64,000 nt of DNA from Candidatus Latescibacterota bacterium (GTDB taxonomy: Bacteria > Latescibacterota > UBA2968 > UBA8231): assembly GCA_965248265.1 (NCBI GenBank), contig CBDFJF010000002.1, forward strand, positions 928,001 through 992,000. The letters run 5' to 3'. Numbering within the stretch: the stretch's first letter is position 1; every line of letters starts with the position of its first letter. The notes under the pieces were generated by a model. The model did not search any database. It was not told the origin of the DNA and saw nothing but the letters and a program-made list of their open reading frames with translations. This document shows positions 18,397-30,256 of the stretch, in pieces. The translations under genes and the position numbers were made by a program.

Positions 18397-19389
18397 ATGC
18401 AGATGTTTTATGACGATGACGCCAATTTGGAGCTGTTGGGCGAAAAGACCGTGGCCGTCATCGGTTACGGCAGCCAGGGCCACGCGCACTCTCTCAATCT
18501 AAAGGAGAGTGGCGTCAGTGTCGTCGTCGGTCTCCGGGAAGGCAGCGCCAGGCGGGCCGAGGCGGAGGCCGCAGGGTTGAAGGTCATGTCGGTTGCCGAG
18601 GCCTCCAAGGCCGGTGACATCATCATGATTCTGATCAACGACGAGATCCAGGGCAAGGTCTTCGAAACCGACATCAAGCCCAACCTGGAGGAGGGCAACG
18701 CCCTGGCCTTCGCCCATGGGTTCAACATCCATTTCGGGCAGGTGGTTCCCCCGGACAATGTCGACGTCTTCATGGTGGCGCCCAAGGGTCCGGGACACCT
18801 GGTGCGTCGCGTCTACGAAGAGGGCGGTGGTGTGCCGGGGTTGCTGGCGGTGGAGCAGGATGCCACGGGGCGCGCCCACGAGATCGGCCTGGCTTATGCC
18901 AAGGGGATCGGTTGTACCCGCGGTGGTGTGATCACGACGACCTTCCGTGAAGAGACCGAGACCGACTTGTTCGGTGAGCAGGTGGTGTTGTGTGGTGGTC
19001 TGACCGAATTGATCCGCGCCGGCTTTGACACTCTGGTTGAAGCGGGGTATCAGCCCGAAGTCGCCTATTTCGAATGCTTGCACGAAGTGAAACTGATAGT
19101 CGATCTGATCTACGAGGGCGGTATCGCCAACATGCGCTCGTCCATTTCCGATACGGCTGAGTTCGGGGATCTGACGCGCGGCAGGCGGCTGATCACGGAC
19201 GAGTCGCGCCAGATCATGAAGGGGATTCTCAGCGACATCCAGACTGGTCGGTTCGCCAAGGAATGGATGTCTGAGAACCAGGTCGGGCGTCCGGTCTACA
19301 ACGCGATCAAGAAGCAGGATGAAGAGCATCTCATCGAGACAGTGGGTGCCAAGCTGCGCGGTATGATGAGCTGGTTGGACAAGAAATAG
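18397..19389 (+). CDS. ilvC: Ketol-acid reductoisomerase
   Basis: [31 protein letters not shown]. Confidence 0.97.
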   Translation: MQMFYDDDANLELLGEKTVAVIGYGSQGHAHSLNLKESGVSVVVGLREGSARRAEAEAAGLKVMSVAEASKAGDIIMILINDEIQGKVFETDIKPNLEEGNALAFAHGFNIHFGQVVPPDNVDVFMVAPKGPGHLVRRVYEEGGGVPGLLAVEQDATGRAHEIGLAYAKGIGCTRGGVITTTFREETETDLFGEQVVLCGGLTELIRAGFDTLVEAGYQPEVAYFECLHEVKLIVDLIYEGGIANMRSSISDTAEFGDLTRGRRLITDESRQIMKGILSDIQTGRFAKEWMSENQVGRPVYNAIKKQDEEHLIETVGAKLRGMMSWLDKK

Positions 19390-19670
19390 CAGAACACGGC
19401 AGGCGCTGTATCGAAGACACGCGACTCAGGGCGCCAACCGGACGCTTACAGGTAACACGGAAAGGGGGTGATGAAGATGGAACCTACTCTGTCAGGGCTG
19501 GACGATACCATCGAGCCAGAGCTTAGGTGGTCCGCGAAGCGGACTGACCAGCAGGCGCATGGAATCATGGCCGGCAGGTTTCATCTCACCCCGAGTTGCA
19601 ACCTCCCCGGCCTCACCCGAATGTCGAACGCGCTAAGGCGCGCGATTTAGGCTTTTCAGGAGACCGACCG

Positions 19671-21233
19671 ATGGCCAAGGATAGCGACAAGAACAAGGTA
19701 TTCATCTTCGACACGACGTTGCGTGACGCCGAGCAGACGCCGGGCGCCACGCTGACGATTCCGGACAAGTTCAAGATCGCGGAGCAACTGGCGCGGCTGA
19801 ACGTCGACATCATCGAGGCGGGGTTTCCCATCTCTTCGAACGAGGACTTCGAGGCGGTCAAGCGCATCGCCCACGAGGTCGAGGGTCCACGCATTTGCGC
19901 ATTGGCCAGGGCAGTAGCTCTGGATATCAACCGCGGCTGCGACGCCCTCGAGGGTGGCATGAGCACCCGTCTGCACACCTTCGTCGGCACCTCGCCGAAT
20001 CATCAAGAGATGATGAACAAGACGCCGGAGCAGGTGCTGACGATGGCGGTGGAGGCGGTCGAACTGGCTGCTTCGCGCTGCGAGGACGTCGAGTTTTCAC
20101 CGATGGACGCGACGCGGACGGATCCGGCGTACCTGAACGAAGTGGTTGAGGCGACGATCGCCGCTGGTGCGACCACCATAAACATCCCCGATACGGTCGG
20201 TTATGGTGTGCCCGAGCAGTTCGGCGAGTTGATCCGCGGGATCATGGAGAATGTCTCCAACGTCGACGACGCCATCATCGCTGTGCATTGTCACGATGAT
20301 CTGGGGATGGCGGTATCGAATACGCTGTCCGCCTTGATGGATGGCGCCCGCCAGGTCGAGTGCACGGTCAATGGTCTGGGGGAACGGGCTGGCAATGCCT
20401 CGCTGGAAGAAGTGGTGATGGCGCTGGCGACTCGTGAGGACTACTACCACCTGTTCACGGATGTCGTCACGAAGGAGATCATTTCGACCAGTCGCCTGGT
20501 GACTCGCCTGATGGGGATCGCGGTGGCGCCGAACAAGGCGATCGTCGGCGCCAATGCCTTCGCCCACAGCTCGGGCATTCATCAGGATGGCGTGCTCAAG
20601 AATCGGAGAAACTTCGAGATCATGTCGCCACGCGACGTCGGCCTGGACGACACGGCGATCGTGCTGACGGCCCGGTCCGGACGTCATGCATTGAGTTTCC
20701 GCCTGCAGGAACTGGGCTACCACCTCTCGGCGGAAGAGCTCAACAAGGCCTATGAGCGCTTCCTGGAAGTGGCGGACAAGAAGAAGGAGGTCTTCGACGA
20801 GGACCTGATGGCTATCGTCGGTGACGAGATCCGCGACGCTCCAGAGCGCTACAAGCTCGAGTACCTGCACACGGTCAGCGGCTCGGGCACGGTGCCCTCG
20901 GCGACGGTTCGTATCGCGATTGAGGGGGAAGAGCCGATACAGAAATCAGCCTGGGGGGATGGCCCGGTCGATGCGACCTATGAGGCGATCAACCTAGCGA
21001 CGGGATCCAGGTCTACGGTAAACGTCGACGAGTACGCCATCCAGGCGATCACCAGCGGCAGCCAGGCGATGGGTGAGGTGACCGTGCGCATTTCAGAGGG
21101 TGACAAGAAGACGACCGGCCACGGCGCCTCGACGGATGTCATTGAGGCCAGCGCGAAGGCCTACATCGACGCATTGAACCGGATGCACACGCTCAAGGGG
21201 CGCCAACTACAGCCGAAACAGCAGGCTGTTTGA
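19671..21233 (+). CDS. leuA: 2-isopropylmalate synthase
   Basis: FDTTLRDAEQ, HCHDDLG, GLGERAGN, AHSSGIHQDG, C-terminal regulatory domain; AGGAG RBS. Confidence 0.96.
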   Translation: MAKDSDKNKVFIFDTTLRDAEQTPGATLTIPDKFKIAEQLARLNVDIIEAGFPISSNEDFEAVKRIAHEVEGPRICALARAVALDINRGCDALEGGMSTRLHTFVGTSPNHQEMMNKTPEQVLTMAVEAVELAASRCEDVEFSPMDATRTDPAYLNEVVEATIAAGATTINIPDTVGYGVPEQFGELIRGIMENVSNVDDAIIAVHCHDDLGMAVSNTLSALMDGARQVECTVNGLGERAGNASLEEVVMALATREDYYHLFTDVVTKEIISTSRLVTRLMGIAVAPNKAIVGANAFAHSSGIHQDGVLKNRRNFEIMSPRDVGLDDTAIVLTARSGRHALSFRLQELGYHLSAEELNKAYERFLEVADKKKEVFDEDLMAIVGDEIRDAPERYKLEYLHTVSGSGTVPSATVRIAIEGEEPIQKSAWGDGPVDATYEAINLATGSRSTVNVDEYAIQAITSGSQAMGEVTVRISEGDKKTTGHGASTDVIEASAKAYIDALNRMHTLKGRQLQPKQQAV

Positions 21234-21245
21234 GAGGGCAGATAA

Positions 21246-22649
<1,404 letters not shown>

Positions 22650-22742
22650 AGAAACAGAAAGAACAATCAGACAAACAGAAAGAACCGTACGCCGGGCACG
22701 CTGGGGATCCTCCCGCGTCTGGCGCTGTAATAACAAAAGGGC

Positions 22743-23357
22743 ATGACGATGACGAACGCAGTTTCAGATTCAGCAGTAAGCGAGGTCACCGGAACCGCCG
22801 TCCCGGTTCGCGGCGACGAAATGGACACGGACCGCATCATCCCCGCGCGCTTCCTGAAAGCGGTCACCTTCGACGGACTCGAGGAGCACGTCTTCGAAGA
22901 CGACCGTTCCAGTGGTGGGCATACGTTTGACGATGAGCGCTATCAACAGGCCTCGATCCTGGTCGCCAACAAGAACTTCGGCTGTGGCTCGTCGCGAGAG
23001 CACGCCCCACAGGCGCTGACCCGCTGGGGTATCAAGGCCTTTGTGGCGGAGTCGTTCGCGGAGATCTTTTTCGGCAACTGCCTGTCACTCGGACTGCCCT
23101 GCGTCACGGTTTCGGCAGAGGATGCGCAGCGCATCATGGAGGCGGTTGAGGCAGACTCGTCGCTGGCAGTGGCTGTGGATGTCAACGGCAGGGAAGTTCG
23201 CTTCGGCAGCGAGTCGGTGCCGGCCGGCATTCCCGATGGTACCCGCGATCAGTTCGTGAAGGGCACCTGGGATGCTCTGGGGCAGTTGTTGGAGGGGCGC
23301 GAGGATATCGAGAAGACGGCAGCCTCGCTGCCGTACCTGTCAGGGTTTAAGGGCTGA
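22743..23357 (+). CDS. leuD: 3-isopropylmalate dehydratase small subunit
   Basis: DTDRIIPARFLK, NFGCGSSREHAP. Confidence 0.96.
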   Translation: MTMTNAVSDSAVSEVTGTAVPVRGDEMDTDRIIPARFLKAVTFDGLEEHVFEDDRSSGGHTFDDERYQQASILVANKNFGCGSSREHAPQALTRWGIKAFVAESFAEIFFGNCLSLGLPCVTVSAEDAQRIMEAVEADSSLAVAVDVNGREVRFGSESVPAGIPDGTRDQFVKGTWDALGQLLEGREDIEKTAASLPYLSGFKG

Positions 23358-23392
23358 CCGAGTCAGGTCCTCAGCCAACATCTGCAGTTGCG

Positions 23393-23644
23393 ATGAATGA
23401 CACACCGGAACATATAGAGCGCCGTTTCCGCGAGCTGATGATGGCCCGTTCGCCGGTCGATCGATTAAAGATGGCCTGTGATATGTTCACGACGGCGAAG
23501 ACTCTGGCGCTAGCTGGAATTGCGCAAGAAGCAAGAGATGCGACACCAGCCGAGGTTCGTAAGTTGTTGTTTCTTAGGACGTACGGGCAGGATTTCAGCC
23601 CACAACAACGAGCAAAGATCGTGGCTCATATTGAAGCAACGTAG
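23393..23644 (+). CDS. Small hypothetical protein (antitoxin-like, MNDTP family)
   Basis: 83-aa ORF MNDTPEHIERRFRELMMARSPVDRLKMACDMF...LFLRTYG between leuD and leuB. Confidence 0.65.
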   Translation: MNDTPEHIERRFRELMMARSPVDRLKMACDMFTTAKTLALAGIAQEARDATPAEVRKLLFLRTYGQDFSPQQRAKIVAHIEAT

Positions 23645-23716
23645 CATCTTGGAACTCAGTTCACGGCGATCGCAGCAAAGGCGTTAGCTCAACAACATTT
23701 AGAAAGGATTTCATCA

Positions 23717-24775
23717 GTGTACAAGATCGCGGTTATAGGGGGTGACGGGACCGGACCCGAGGTAGTAGACGAAGGTCTCAAGGTGTTGCAGGTGGTGAGT
23801 GAAAAAGTCGGTTTCAAGTACGAGCCCACGGAGTTCGATTTCGGTGGCGACCGTTATCTGCGCACCGACGAGGTGTTGCCTGCATCTGCCGTCGAGGATC
23901 TGCGTCAGTTCGACACCATTTATCTGGGCGCCATCGGCCATCCGGATGTGAAGCCGGGGATTCTGGAGAAGGGCATTCTCCTGCACCTGCGCTTCGAGCT
24001 GGACCAGTACATCAACCTGCGCCCGGTGAAGCTCTACCCGAATGTGCCGACGCCGCTCAAGGACAAGGGGCCCGAGCACATCGATTTCGTCGTGGTGCGC
24101 GAGAACACGGAGGGCATTTACACCGGTGCCGGCGGTTTTCTGAAGAAGGGGACCCCCGACGAGATCGCCGTGCAGGAGTCGATCAACACTCGTAAGGGCG
24201 TCGAGCGTTGTGTGCGCTACGCCTACGAGTACACCCGCAAGCGCAATCGCGAAAACACACTGACCCTGTGCGGCAAGACCAACGTGCTGACCTTCGCCTT
24301 CGATCTGTGGGAGCGAACCTTCAACGAAGTCGGCGAACAAGACTACGCCGACATCAAGCGCGACTACGCCCACGTCGATGCCATCTGCATGTGGATGGTC
24401 AAGAATCCGGAGTGGTTCGATGTCATCGTTACCGACAACATTTTCGGCGACATCATCACTGACCTGGGTGCGATGATCCAGGGCGGCATGGGGATCGCGG
24501 CCGGAGGCAACATCAATCCCGAGGGCGTGTCAATGTTCGAGCCGATTGGTGGCTCAGCGCCCAAGTACACGGGTCAGGGCGTTATCAATCCTCTGGCCGC
24601 CATAGGCGCCATGCAGCTGATGATCGCGACGCTGGGAGAAGACAAGGCGGCGGCGATTGTCGAGGACGCCATCGTCGAAACGCTCGGCAAACTGAAGGAC
24701 ATGGGCGCCGGCAAGATGGGTTACACCACGTCCGAGGTTGGCGACCTGGTGGCGCAATCTGTGGCGGACGCCTGA
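23717..24775 (+). CDS. leuB: 3-isopropylmalate dehydrogenase
   Basis: [39 protein letters not shown]; located in the leu operon. Confidence 0.93.
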   Translation: MYKIAVIGGDGTGPEVVDEGLKVLQVVSEKVGFKYEPTEFDFGGDRYLRTDEVLPASAVEDLRQFDTIYLGAIGHPDVKPGILEKGILLHLRFELDQYINLRPVKLYPNVPTPLKDKGPEHIDFVVVRENTEGIYTGAGGFLKKGTPDEIAVQESINTRKGVERCVRYAYEYTRKRNRENTLTLCGKTNVLTFAFDLWERTFNEVGEQDYADIKRDYAHVDAICMWMVKNPEWFDVIVTDNIFGDIITDLGAMIQGGMGIAAGGNINPEGVSMFEPIGGSAPKYTGQGVINPLAAIGAMQLMIATLGEDKAAAIVEDAIVETLGKLKDMGAGKMGYTTSEVGDLVAQSVADA

Positions 24776-24797
24776 GATACGGCAGCAAGCGACGTGA

Positions 24798-25004
24798 ATG
24801 AGAACCCCGTCGGCCGATGAGGCTCTAAAAGGATCTTTTCAGACCGGTGAGATTCGGACCATCAGTCGCAAAGAAGACGGTACCGACGCACCGGAAAATG
24901 TCATCGAGGCGAGCTGGCTGGCACTGCTGGACAGCCTCCATTTCAAACTGATGCGGGACGCGGTTGTCGCCTCGCAGGTCAAGGGTGGTACAGGAACATA
25001 CTGA
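24798..25004 (+). pseudogene. C-terminal remnant of citramalate synthase (CimA-like)
   Basis: ENVIEASWLALLDSLHFKL resembles the CimA C-terminal helix; the rest of the gene is absent. Confidence 0.6.
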
Positions 25005-26218
25005 TGCAGGAGATCGAAAACGGCAGCATTACCTCTCCCGAGGGCATCCAGGCAGCCGGCATGCATGCTGGGGTCAAGTCGGACAGCAGCATCAAGGACC
25101 TGGCCCTGGTTTACTCGACGGCTCCGGCAACCGCGGCTGCCGTGTACACCAAAAACCTGGTGCAGGCGGCGCCCATTCACGTTGACCGCGAACATCTGCA
25201 GGACGGGTTGGCCCGGGCCGTCATCCTGAACAGCGGCAATGCCAACGCCTGCACCGGCGAGGCCGGCATGGATCATGCCCGCCGCATGTGCGCGGCCACG
25301 GCCGCGGCGCTGGGTCTGGTGAACAGCGATGTCCTCGTCTGCTCCACCGGGTTGATCGGGTCACAACTGCCAATCGAGAAGATCGAAACGGGTATACCCA
25401 TCGTGGCCGGCAGTCTGTCGGATCAAGGTGGTCCAGATGCCGCGCTCGGCATCATGACAACGGATACCTTCGCCAAACACTGCGCCGTGCAGGTCGAGCT
25501 TGAAGCAGGCCTGGTCACGGTTGGCGCTATTGCCAAGGGGGCAGCCATGATCGCACCGAACATGGCGACGATGCTGGCACTGGTGTCCATGGACGCCCGG
25601 GTGTCCAGCGCCGATCTGCAGACGCTACTCTCCGCGGCGGTGAGCCGGACCTTCAACTGTATCACCGTCGACGGCGACATGAGCACGAACGACACCGTCA
25701 TCGCCATGGCCAATGGCGCGGCTCTCGCAGACGGGGTCCAGGTTGTCGCCAACAGCGCTGACGGACGGAAGCTTGGAGATGCTATCGAAGCGGTGTGCAG
25801 CGAGATGGCAAAGGCGATCGCCCGTGACGCTGAAGGGTCGACGAAGCTGATTACTATCCAGGTAAACGGCGCCCGGGTTGAAAGTGATGCCCGGCGGGTC
25901 GGGCTTTCCGTGGCAAACTCCAACCTGGTGAAGACGGCCATGTTCGGCTGCGACCCCAACTGGGGACGGATCTTATGCGCGGTGGGCTACTCAGGGGTCG
26001 ACCTCGATCCTGATCGGGTAGAAGTGCAGCTGTGCGGGACCTCCATTTATACCGACGGCGCCGGGACCGCATTCGATGAGGCGGCCTTGAGTACTGCCAT
26101 GCAGGCGGAGGACATTCCCATAGACATCGATCTGGGTGCGGGATCGGAATCCGCGCAGATCTTCACCTGCGACCTGACCTACGACTATGTTCGGTTGAAC
26201 GCGGAATACACTACCTAG
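25004..26218 (+). CDS. argJ: Glutamate N-acetyltransferase/ornithine acetyltransferase
   Basis: NSGNANACTG, IMTTDT, KGAAMIAPNMATML, DGDMSTND, DPNWGR, YVRLNAEYTT. Confidence 0.96.
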   Translation: MQEIENGSITSPEGIQAAGMHAGVKSDSSIKDLALVYSTAPATAAAVYTKNLVQAAPIHVDREHLQDGLARAVILNSGNANACTGEAGMDHARRMCAATAAALGLVNSDVLVCSTGLIGSQLPIEKIETGIPIVAGSLSDQGGPDAALGIMTTDTFAKHCAVQVELEAGLVTVGAIAKGAAMIAPNMATMLALVSMDARVSSADLQTLLSAAVSRTFNCITVDGDMSTNDTVIAMANGAALADGVQVVANSADGRKLGDAIEAVCSEMAKAIARDAEGSTKLITIQVNGARVESDARRVGLSVANSNLVKTAMFGCDPNWGRILCAVGYSGVDLDPDRVEVQLCGTSIYTDGAGTAFDEAALSTAMQAEDIPIDIDLGAGSESAQIFTCDLTYDYVRLNAEYTT

Positions 26219-26278
26219 CTGGATCTCCAAATGCCGTGTCTCTAAACCCGTGTCTCTAAACCCCGGTTCACCGTAACC

Positions 26279-27496
26279 ATGGCCCTGTCCGAATACGTCC
26301 TGTCCGAATACGTCCAGCGCATCGAGCCGTCCCCGACGATGGCGATCGATGCCAAAGCCAAGCAGATGCAACGGGATGGCATCGATGTCATCTCTCTGGC
26401 AGCCGGGGAGCCGGACTTCGACACGCCCGACCACATCAAAGAGGCCGGCATTCAGGCCATCAGGGACGGCCACACCAAGTACACGCAGGCGGCCGGCATT
26501 CCGGAACTCAAAAAGGCGATCCTGCAGCGACTGGTCACTGACGACGGGCTGGAATACACCCAGGACCAGGTGATCGTCAACTGCGGTGGCAAGCATACCC
26601 TCTACCTGGCGGGAGCGACTCTGGTCAGTCCCGGGGATGAAGTCATCGTGCCGGCGCCGTATTGGGTCTCCTCTTCCGAACAGCCGAAACTGGTCGGTGG
26701 CAACACCGTCATCGTTCAGACCAGTGAGGCGGACGGGCTGAAGCTGACGGCCAAAGGCTTTCGCGAGGCTATCACGGCGAAAACGAAGATGGTCGTCTTG
26801 AATACTCCATCAAACCCAAGCGGCGTGGTTTATACGAGACAGGAACTGGAGGCCGTGGCCGAGGTGGCCGTCGAGCATGGCATCCACATCCTCAGCGACG
26901 AGATCTATGACAAGCTGATCTACGACGGCGTCGAGCATGTGTCGGTCGCCAGTCTCAGCGAGCAGGTTAAGGAGCTCACGATCGTCGTCAAAGGGGTATC
27001 CAAGAGCTACGCCATGACGGGTTGGCGCGTCGGCTACGCAGCCGGTCCAACCGAGGTCATCGCCGGCATGATCAAGGCGCAGATGCAGATTCTGTCGCAC
27101 ACCAGCTCGATTTCTCAGCGAGCTGCGGTCACGGCCCTGACCGGTTCGCAGGAGTGCGTGGAAGAGATGCGGCAGGAATATGATCGTAGACGCAAGCGTA
27201 TGGTCGAAGGGTTCAATCAGATTGAAGGGCTGAAGTGCCCGATGCCGCAGGGAGCATTTTACGCCTATCCCGATATTTCCGCGTATTTTGGCCGTTCGCG
27301 GCCGGGGGGCGGAGAGCGAATTGAAGATGGCACAGGGCTATGCGATTATCTGTTGGACGAGGCCCGGGTGGCCTGCGTGCCGGGGGTCAGTTTCGGCACC
27401 CAGGAACACATGCGGGTCTCTTACGCCACGTCGATGGAGATCATCGAGGGGGCGATTGATCGTATAGGGACGGCGCTGGACAAGCTTGAAGCGTAA
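26279..27496 (+). CDS. PLP-dependent class I/II aminotransferase (aspartate aminotransferase-like)
   Basis: GEPDFDTP, NTPSNPSG, SDEIY, SKSYAMTGWRVGY. Confidence 0.92.
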   Translation: MALSEYVLSEYVQRIEPSPTMAIDAKAKQMQRDGIDVISLAAGEPDFDTPDHIKEAGIQAIRDGHTKYTQAAGIPELKKAILQRLVTDDGLEYTQDQVIVNCGGKHTLYLAGATLVSPGDEVIVPAPYWVSSSEQPKLVGGNTVIVQTSEADGLKLTAKGFREAITAKTKMVVLNTPSNPSGVVYTRQELEAVAEVAVEHGIHILSDEIYDKLIYDGVEHVSVASLSEQVKELTIVVKGVSKSYAMTGWRVGYAAGPTEVIAGMIKAQMQILSHTSSISQRAAVTALTGSQECVEEMRQEYDRRRKRMVEGFNQIEGLKCPMPQGAFYAYPDISAYFGRSRPGGGERIEDGTGLCDYLLDEARVACVPGVSFGTQEHMRVSYATSMEIIEGAIDRIGTALDKLEA

Positions 27497-27700
27497 GTCG
27501 GTGCGTGCCTGGCCGTTTCTAGGCGCAGGGCGTCGAGCCTTATTTCGGACAATCAGTGGCAGCGATTACTGCGAGGCGATGAAGGGTGCATGGCCTGCAG
27601 GCATCTTTCCCGGTACAATGCTCGTCGCGCAGTGACCAGGCAGGGAGAAATCAGGTTTCTGTGACGAAGCAACCGAGTACACTTGGTGTCTATATAGTCA

Positions 27701-28711
27701 ATGACCGAATCCAGCAATAACAACAAGGCCGGCAATAGCAGTACTGCCAACAACAAGCGCGGCTTCTACCTGGATTTCGAGCGCCCGATCGTGGAGCTCG
27801 AGAAGCGCATTTACGAGATGCAGTCGCAGGCGCGCGAGGATGGTCTCGATGTCAGTCGCGAGCTGCAGAGTCTCGACGCCAAGGTCGAAAAGCTGCGCCA
27901 GGAGATCTACACCAAGCTGACGCGCTGGCAGCGGGTGCAGATCTCACGGCATCCGCATCGGCCCTACGCCCTCGACTACATTGAGCGCATGCTGACCGAT
28001 TTCACCGAGTTGCACGGGGACAGGCACTACGGTGACGATCGTGCCATCGTCGGTGGACCGGCACGGCTGGACGGTGAACCGGTCATCGTCGTCGGTATTC
28101 AGAACGGGCGGGATGTGAAGGAGCGCCAGCTGCGCAACTTCGGCATGCCCCACCCGGAAGGTTATCGCAAGGCTCTGCGGTTGATGCAGATGGCGGAGAA
28201 GTTCAGGCGGCCGATCCTGACGCTCGTCGACACATCCGGAGCCTACCCCGGGATCGAGGCGGAGGAGCGGGGGCAGGCAGAGGCCATCGCCCGCAACATG
28301 TACGAGATGTCGCACATGACGGTGCCGATCGTCGTCGCCATCATCGGCCAGGCTTTCAGCGGCGGGGCTATCGGTATCACGGTCGGGGATCGCATCCTGA
28401 TGCTGGAGCACGCCTGCTATTCCGTCATCGTGCCCGAGAGTTGTTCCACCATTCTGTTCCGCACCCGCGACCGCAAGGAGGAAGCTGCCGAGGCACTAAA
28501 ACTATCGGCCGCGGATCTCGAGGAATACGGTATCATCGACCGCATCGTGCCCGAGCCTTTCGGCGGAGCCCACCGCGACTACGATGAAGCGGCTGCCAAT
28601 CTGAAGCGCCACGTCCTCGAGGCCATGGAGGAGTTGCGCAACATTCCGGCTCCCGAACTGGTCGACAAGCGGGTGGAGAAGTTTTCTTCGATGGGAGTGT
28701 GGCAGGAGTAG
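27701..28711 (+). CDS. accA: Acetyl-CoA carboxylase carboxyltransferase alpha subunit
   Basis: [44 protein letters not shown]. Confidence 0.96.
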   Translation: MTESSNNNKAGNSSTANNKRGFYLDFERPIVELEKRIYEMQSQAREDGLDVSRELQSLDAKVEKLRQEIYTKLTRWQRVQISRHPHRPYALDYIERMLTDFTELHGDRHYGDDRAIVGGPARLDGEPVIVVGIQNGRDVKERQLRNFGMPHPEGYRKALRLMQMAEKFRRPILTLVDTSGAYPGIEAEERGQAEAIARNMYEMSHMTVPIVVAIIGQAFSGGAIGITVGDRILMLEHACYSVIVPESCSTILFRTRDRKEEAAEALKLSAADLEEYGIIDRIVPEPFGGAHRDYDEAAANLKRHVLEAMEELRNIPAPELVDKRVEKFSSMGVWQE

Positions 28712-28738
28712 AGCGTTCGTTGAGTCGGTGAATGAGAA

Positions 28739-28773
28739 AAAGGCCCTCCCTTGATGAATCAGGGAGGGCCTTT
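28739..28773. terminator. Hairpin between convergent genes, probably a bidirectional intrinsic terminator
   Basis: AAAGGCCCTCCCT / AGGGAGGGCCTTT stem with A/T-rich flanks. Confidence 0.75.
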
Positions 28774-28805
28774 CCGTTTTTCCGGCCCGACGGCCGCTTT
28801 TCACC

Positions 28806-29651
28806 TCAACCGCGGCGAACGCGGTCGAACAGTCGTTCCAGCCTGTCGAAGGCCAGCTTGATCATATCGTCGTCCCAGTCGCCGTCGATGTTGACGCTGA
28901 GTACGGACTTGAGCGTATCCAGGTAGGCGCGTTGTGCTTCCGACAATGTGCGCGAGGGGGGAGCACCGCGCTCCGTGCGCTCGATACGGTCACCACCGCG
29001 TTCGGGGCGGTCAACGCTGCGCTCGGAGCGGCTGGATTCGGCCTCCCGCGCCTGCCGTGCCGGCCTGGCCGCGCGCTGCTGTGTCGGCCGGCGCTCTGCT
29101 GCCGGCTCGGCCTGCTCTACCTCTTCCTCCGATTCCACTGCTGCCGCTGGGGCCGCGCCGTTGAGGTCAGACTCGCTCAGCAGGTACTTGAAGAACATCT
29201 TCATCTTGTTGGCTGAGTCATTGCCCATGCCGGTCTCGCGACGGAAGAAGGTGACGACCTCGCGGTCTACCATGCTGCCGCTGGAGCGGTACTGGGTGAG
29301 TAACTCAGGGTACAGGTCCTGCAGAATCTCAGTGATGGTTCCCTGGCGCGATGATTCGTTGACCAGGTTGGTGAGCCTGTCGGTCGGTTTCTGGTCGCGG
29401 TCGATCAGCTTCATGGCCTCGATGCCCCGAAGAAAACGGTAAATCATCGAGGGCGTGCGGATGATCGCACGGATGTAGTCGCGATCGATTTCGTCAGGGA
29501 TCTTGGTCTGCAACCGCGAGAGGAACTTCTCGAACTGCGCCTTGGTGATGTAGGGGAACCAGGTCTTCTCTTCCTTGCCTTCCCCGTCGCCCTCGGCTCC
29601 GTCTTCTGTTACTTCCTCTGCCACTTCATCCTGAACTTCGGTGTCCTCCAT
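28806..29651 (-). CDS. Hypothetical protein, DUF5343-like N-terminal domain
   Basis: FPYITKAQFEKFLSRLQ..IPDEIDRDY..KLIDRDQKPTDRL..LQDLYPEL; low-complexity linker; short C-terminal domain. Confidence 0.65.
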   Translation of the reverse strand: MEDTEVQDEVAEEVTEDGAEGDGEGKEEKTWFPYITKAQFEKFLSRLQTKIPDEIDRDYIRAIIRTPSMIYRFLRGIEAMKLIDRDQKPTDRLTNLVNESSRQGTITEILQDLYPELLTQYRSSGSMVDREVVTFFRRETGMGNDSANKMKMFFKYLLSESDLNGAAPAAAVESEEEVEQAEPAAERRPTQQRAARPARQAREAESSRSERSVDRPERGGDRIERTERGAPPSRTLSEAQRAYLDTLKSVLSVNIDGDWDDDMIKLAFDRLERLFDRVRRG

Positions 29652-29766
29652 GGATCAACTCCCATTACGGTTACGGCAGCGACACGGCGGGAATGATTCG
29701 TGTGCCGAATCCAGAATCCTGTCGACGCGCGCATTGCGCGTGACGGGATGCCCACTCATGCGGGGT

Positions 29767-30114
29767 TCACGGATGTTCCGCTGTGACGACTGTGCCGATT
29801 CCACCGCGCACGTTGAAGTCGCCGATGACCGTCATGCGCCGGGGCGCACAGGCCGTCACCAGATCGTCCAGAATCTCGTTCGTCACATCTTCGTAGAAGA
29901 TGCCGCGCTGCCTAAATGACTGTAAATACAGTTTCAGTGCTTTGAGCTCTATGCATGTCTTGTCGGCGACGTAGCGAATCCGGATGGTGCCGAAATCTGG
30001 TTGCCCCGTCTTGGGACACACCGCAGTAAACTCCGGACACTCGATCTCTATGGTGTAGTCGCGTTCCGGCTTCGGATTCGGAAAGGTCTCTAAGTGCTTG
30101 GGTTCTGCCGACAT
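29767..30114 (-). CDS. queF: 7-cyano-7-deazaguanine reductase
   Basis: [32 protein letters not shown]. Confidence 0.95.
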   Translation of the reverse strand: MSAEPKHLETFPNPKPERDYTIEIECPEFTAVCPKTGQPDFGTIRIRYVADKTCIELKALKLYLQSFRQRGIFYEDVTNEILDDLVTACAPRRMTVIGDFNVRGGIGTVVTAEHP

Positions 30115-30256
30115 ACTCTCCGACAAATTGTCTGATCGAACACCTTGATCACCGCGAAAAAACTACACAGCAGAAAGTAGACGATTTCGCCTATCGAGCA
30201 AGAAAGACGGGCCTTTTCAGACAGAAAAAAGTGCCATTTTGTGCAGTAATCCCGAC

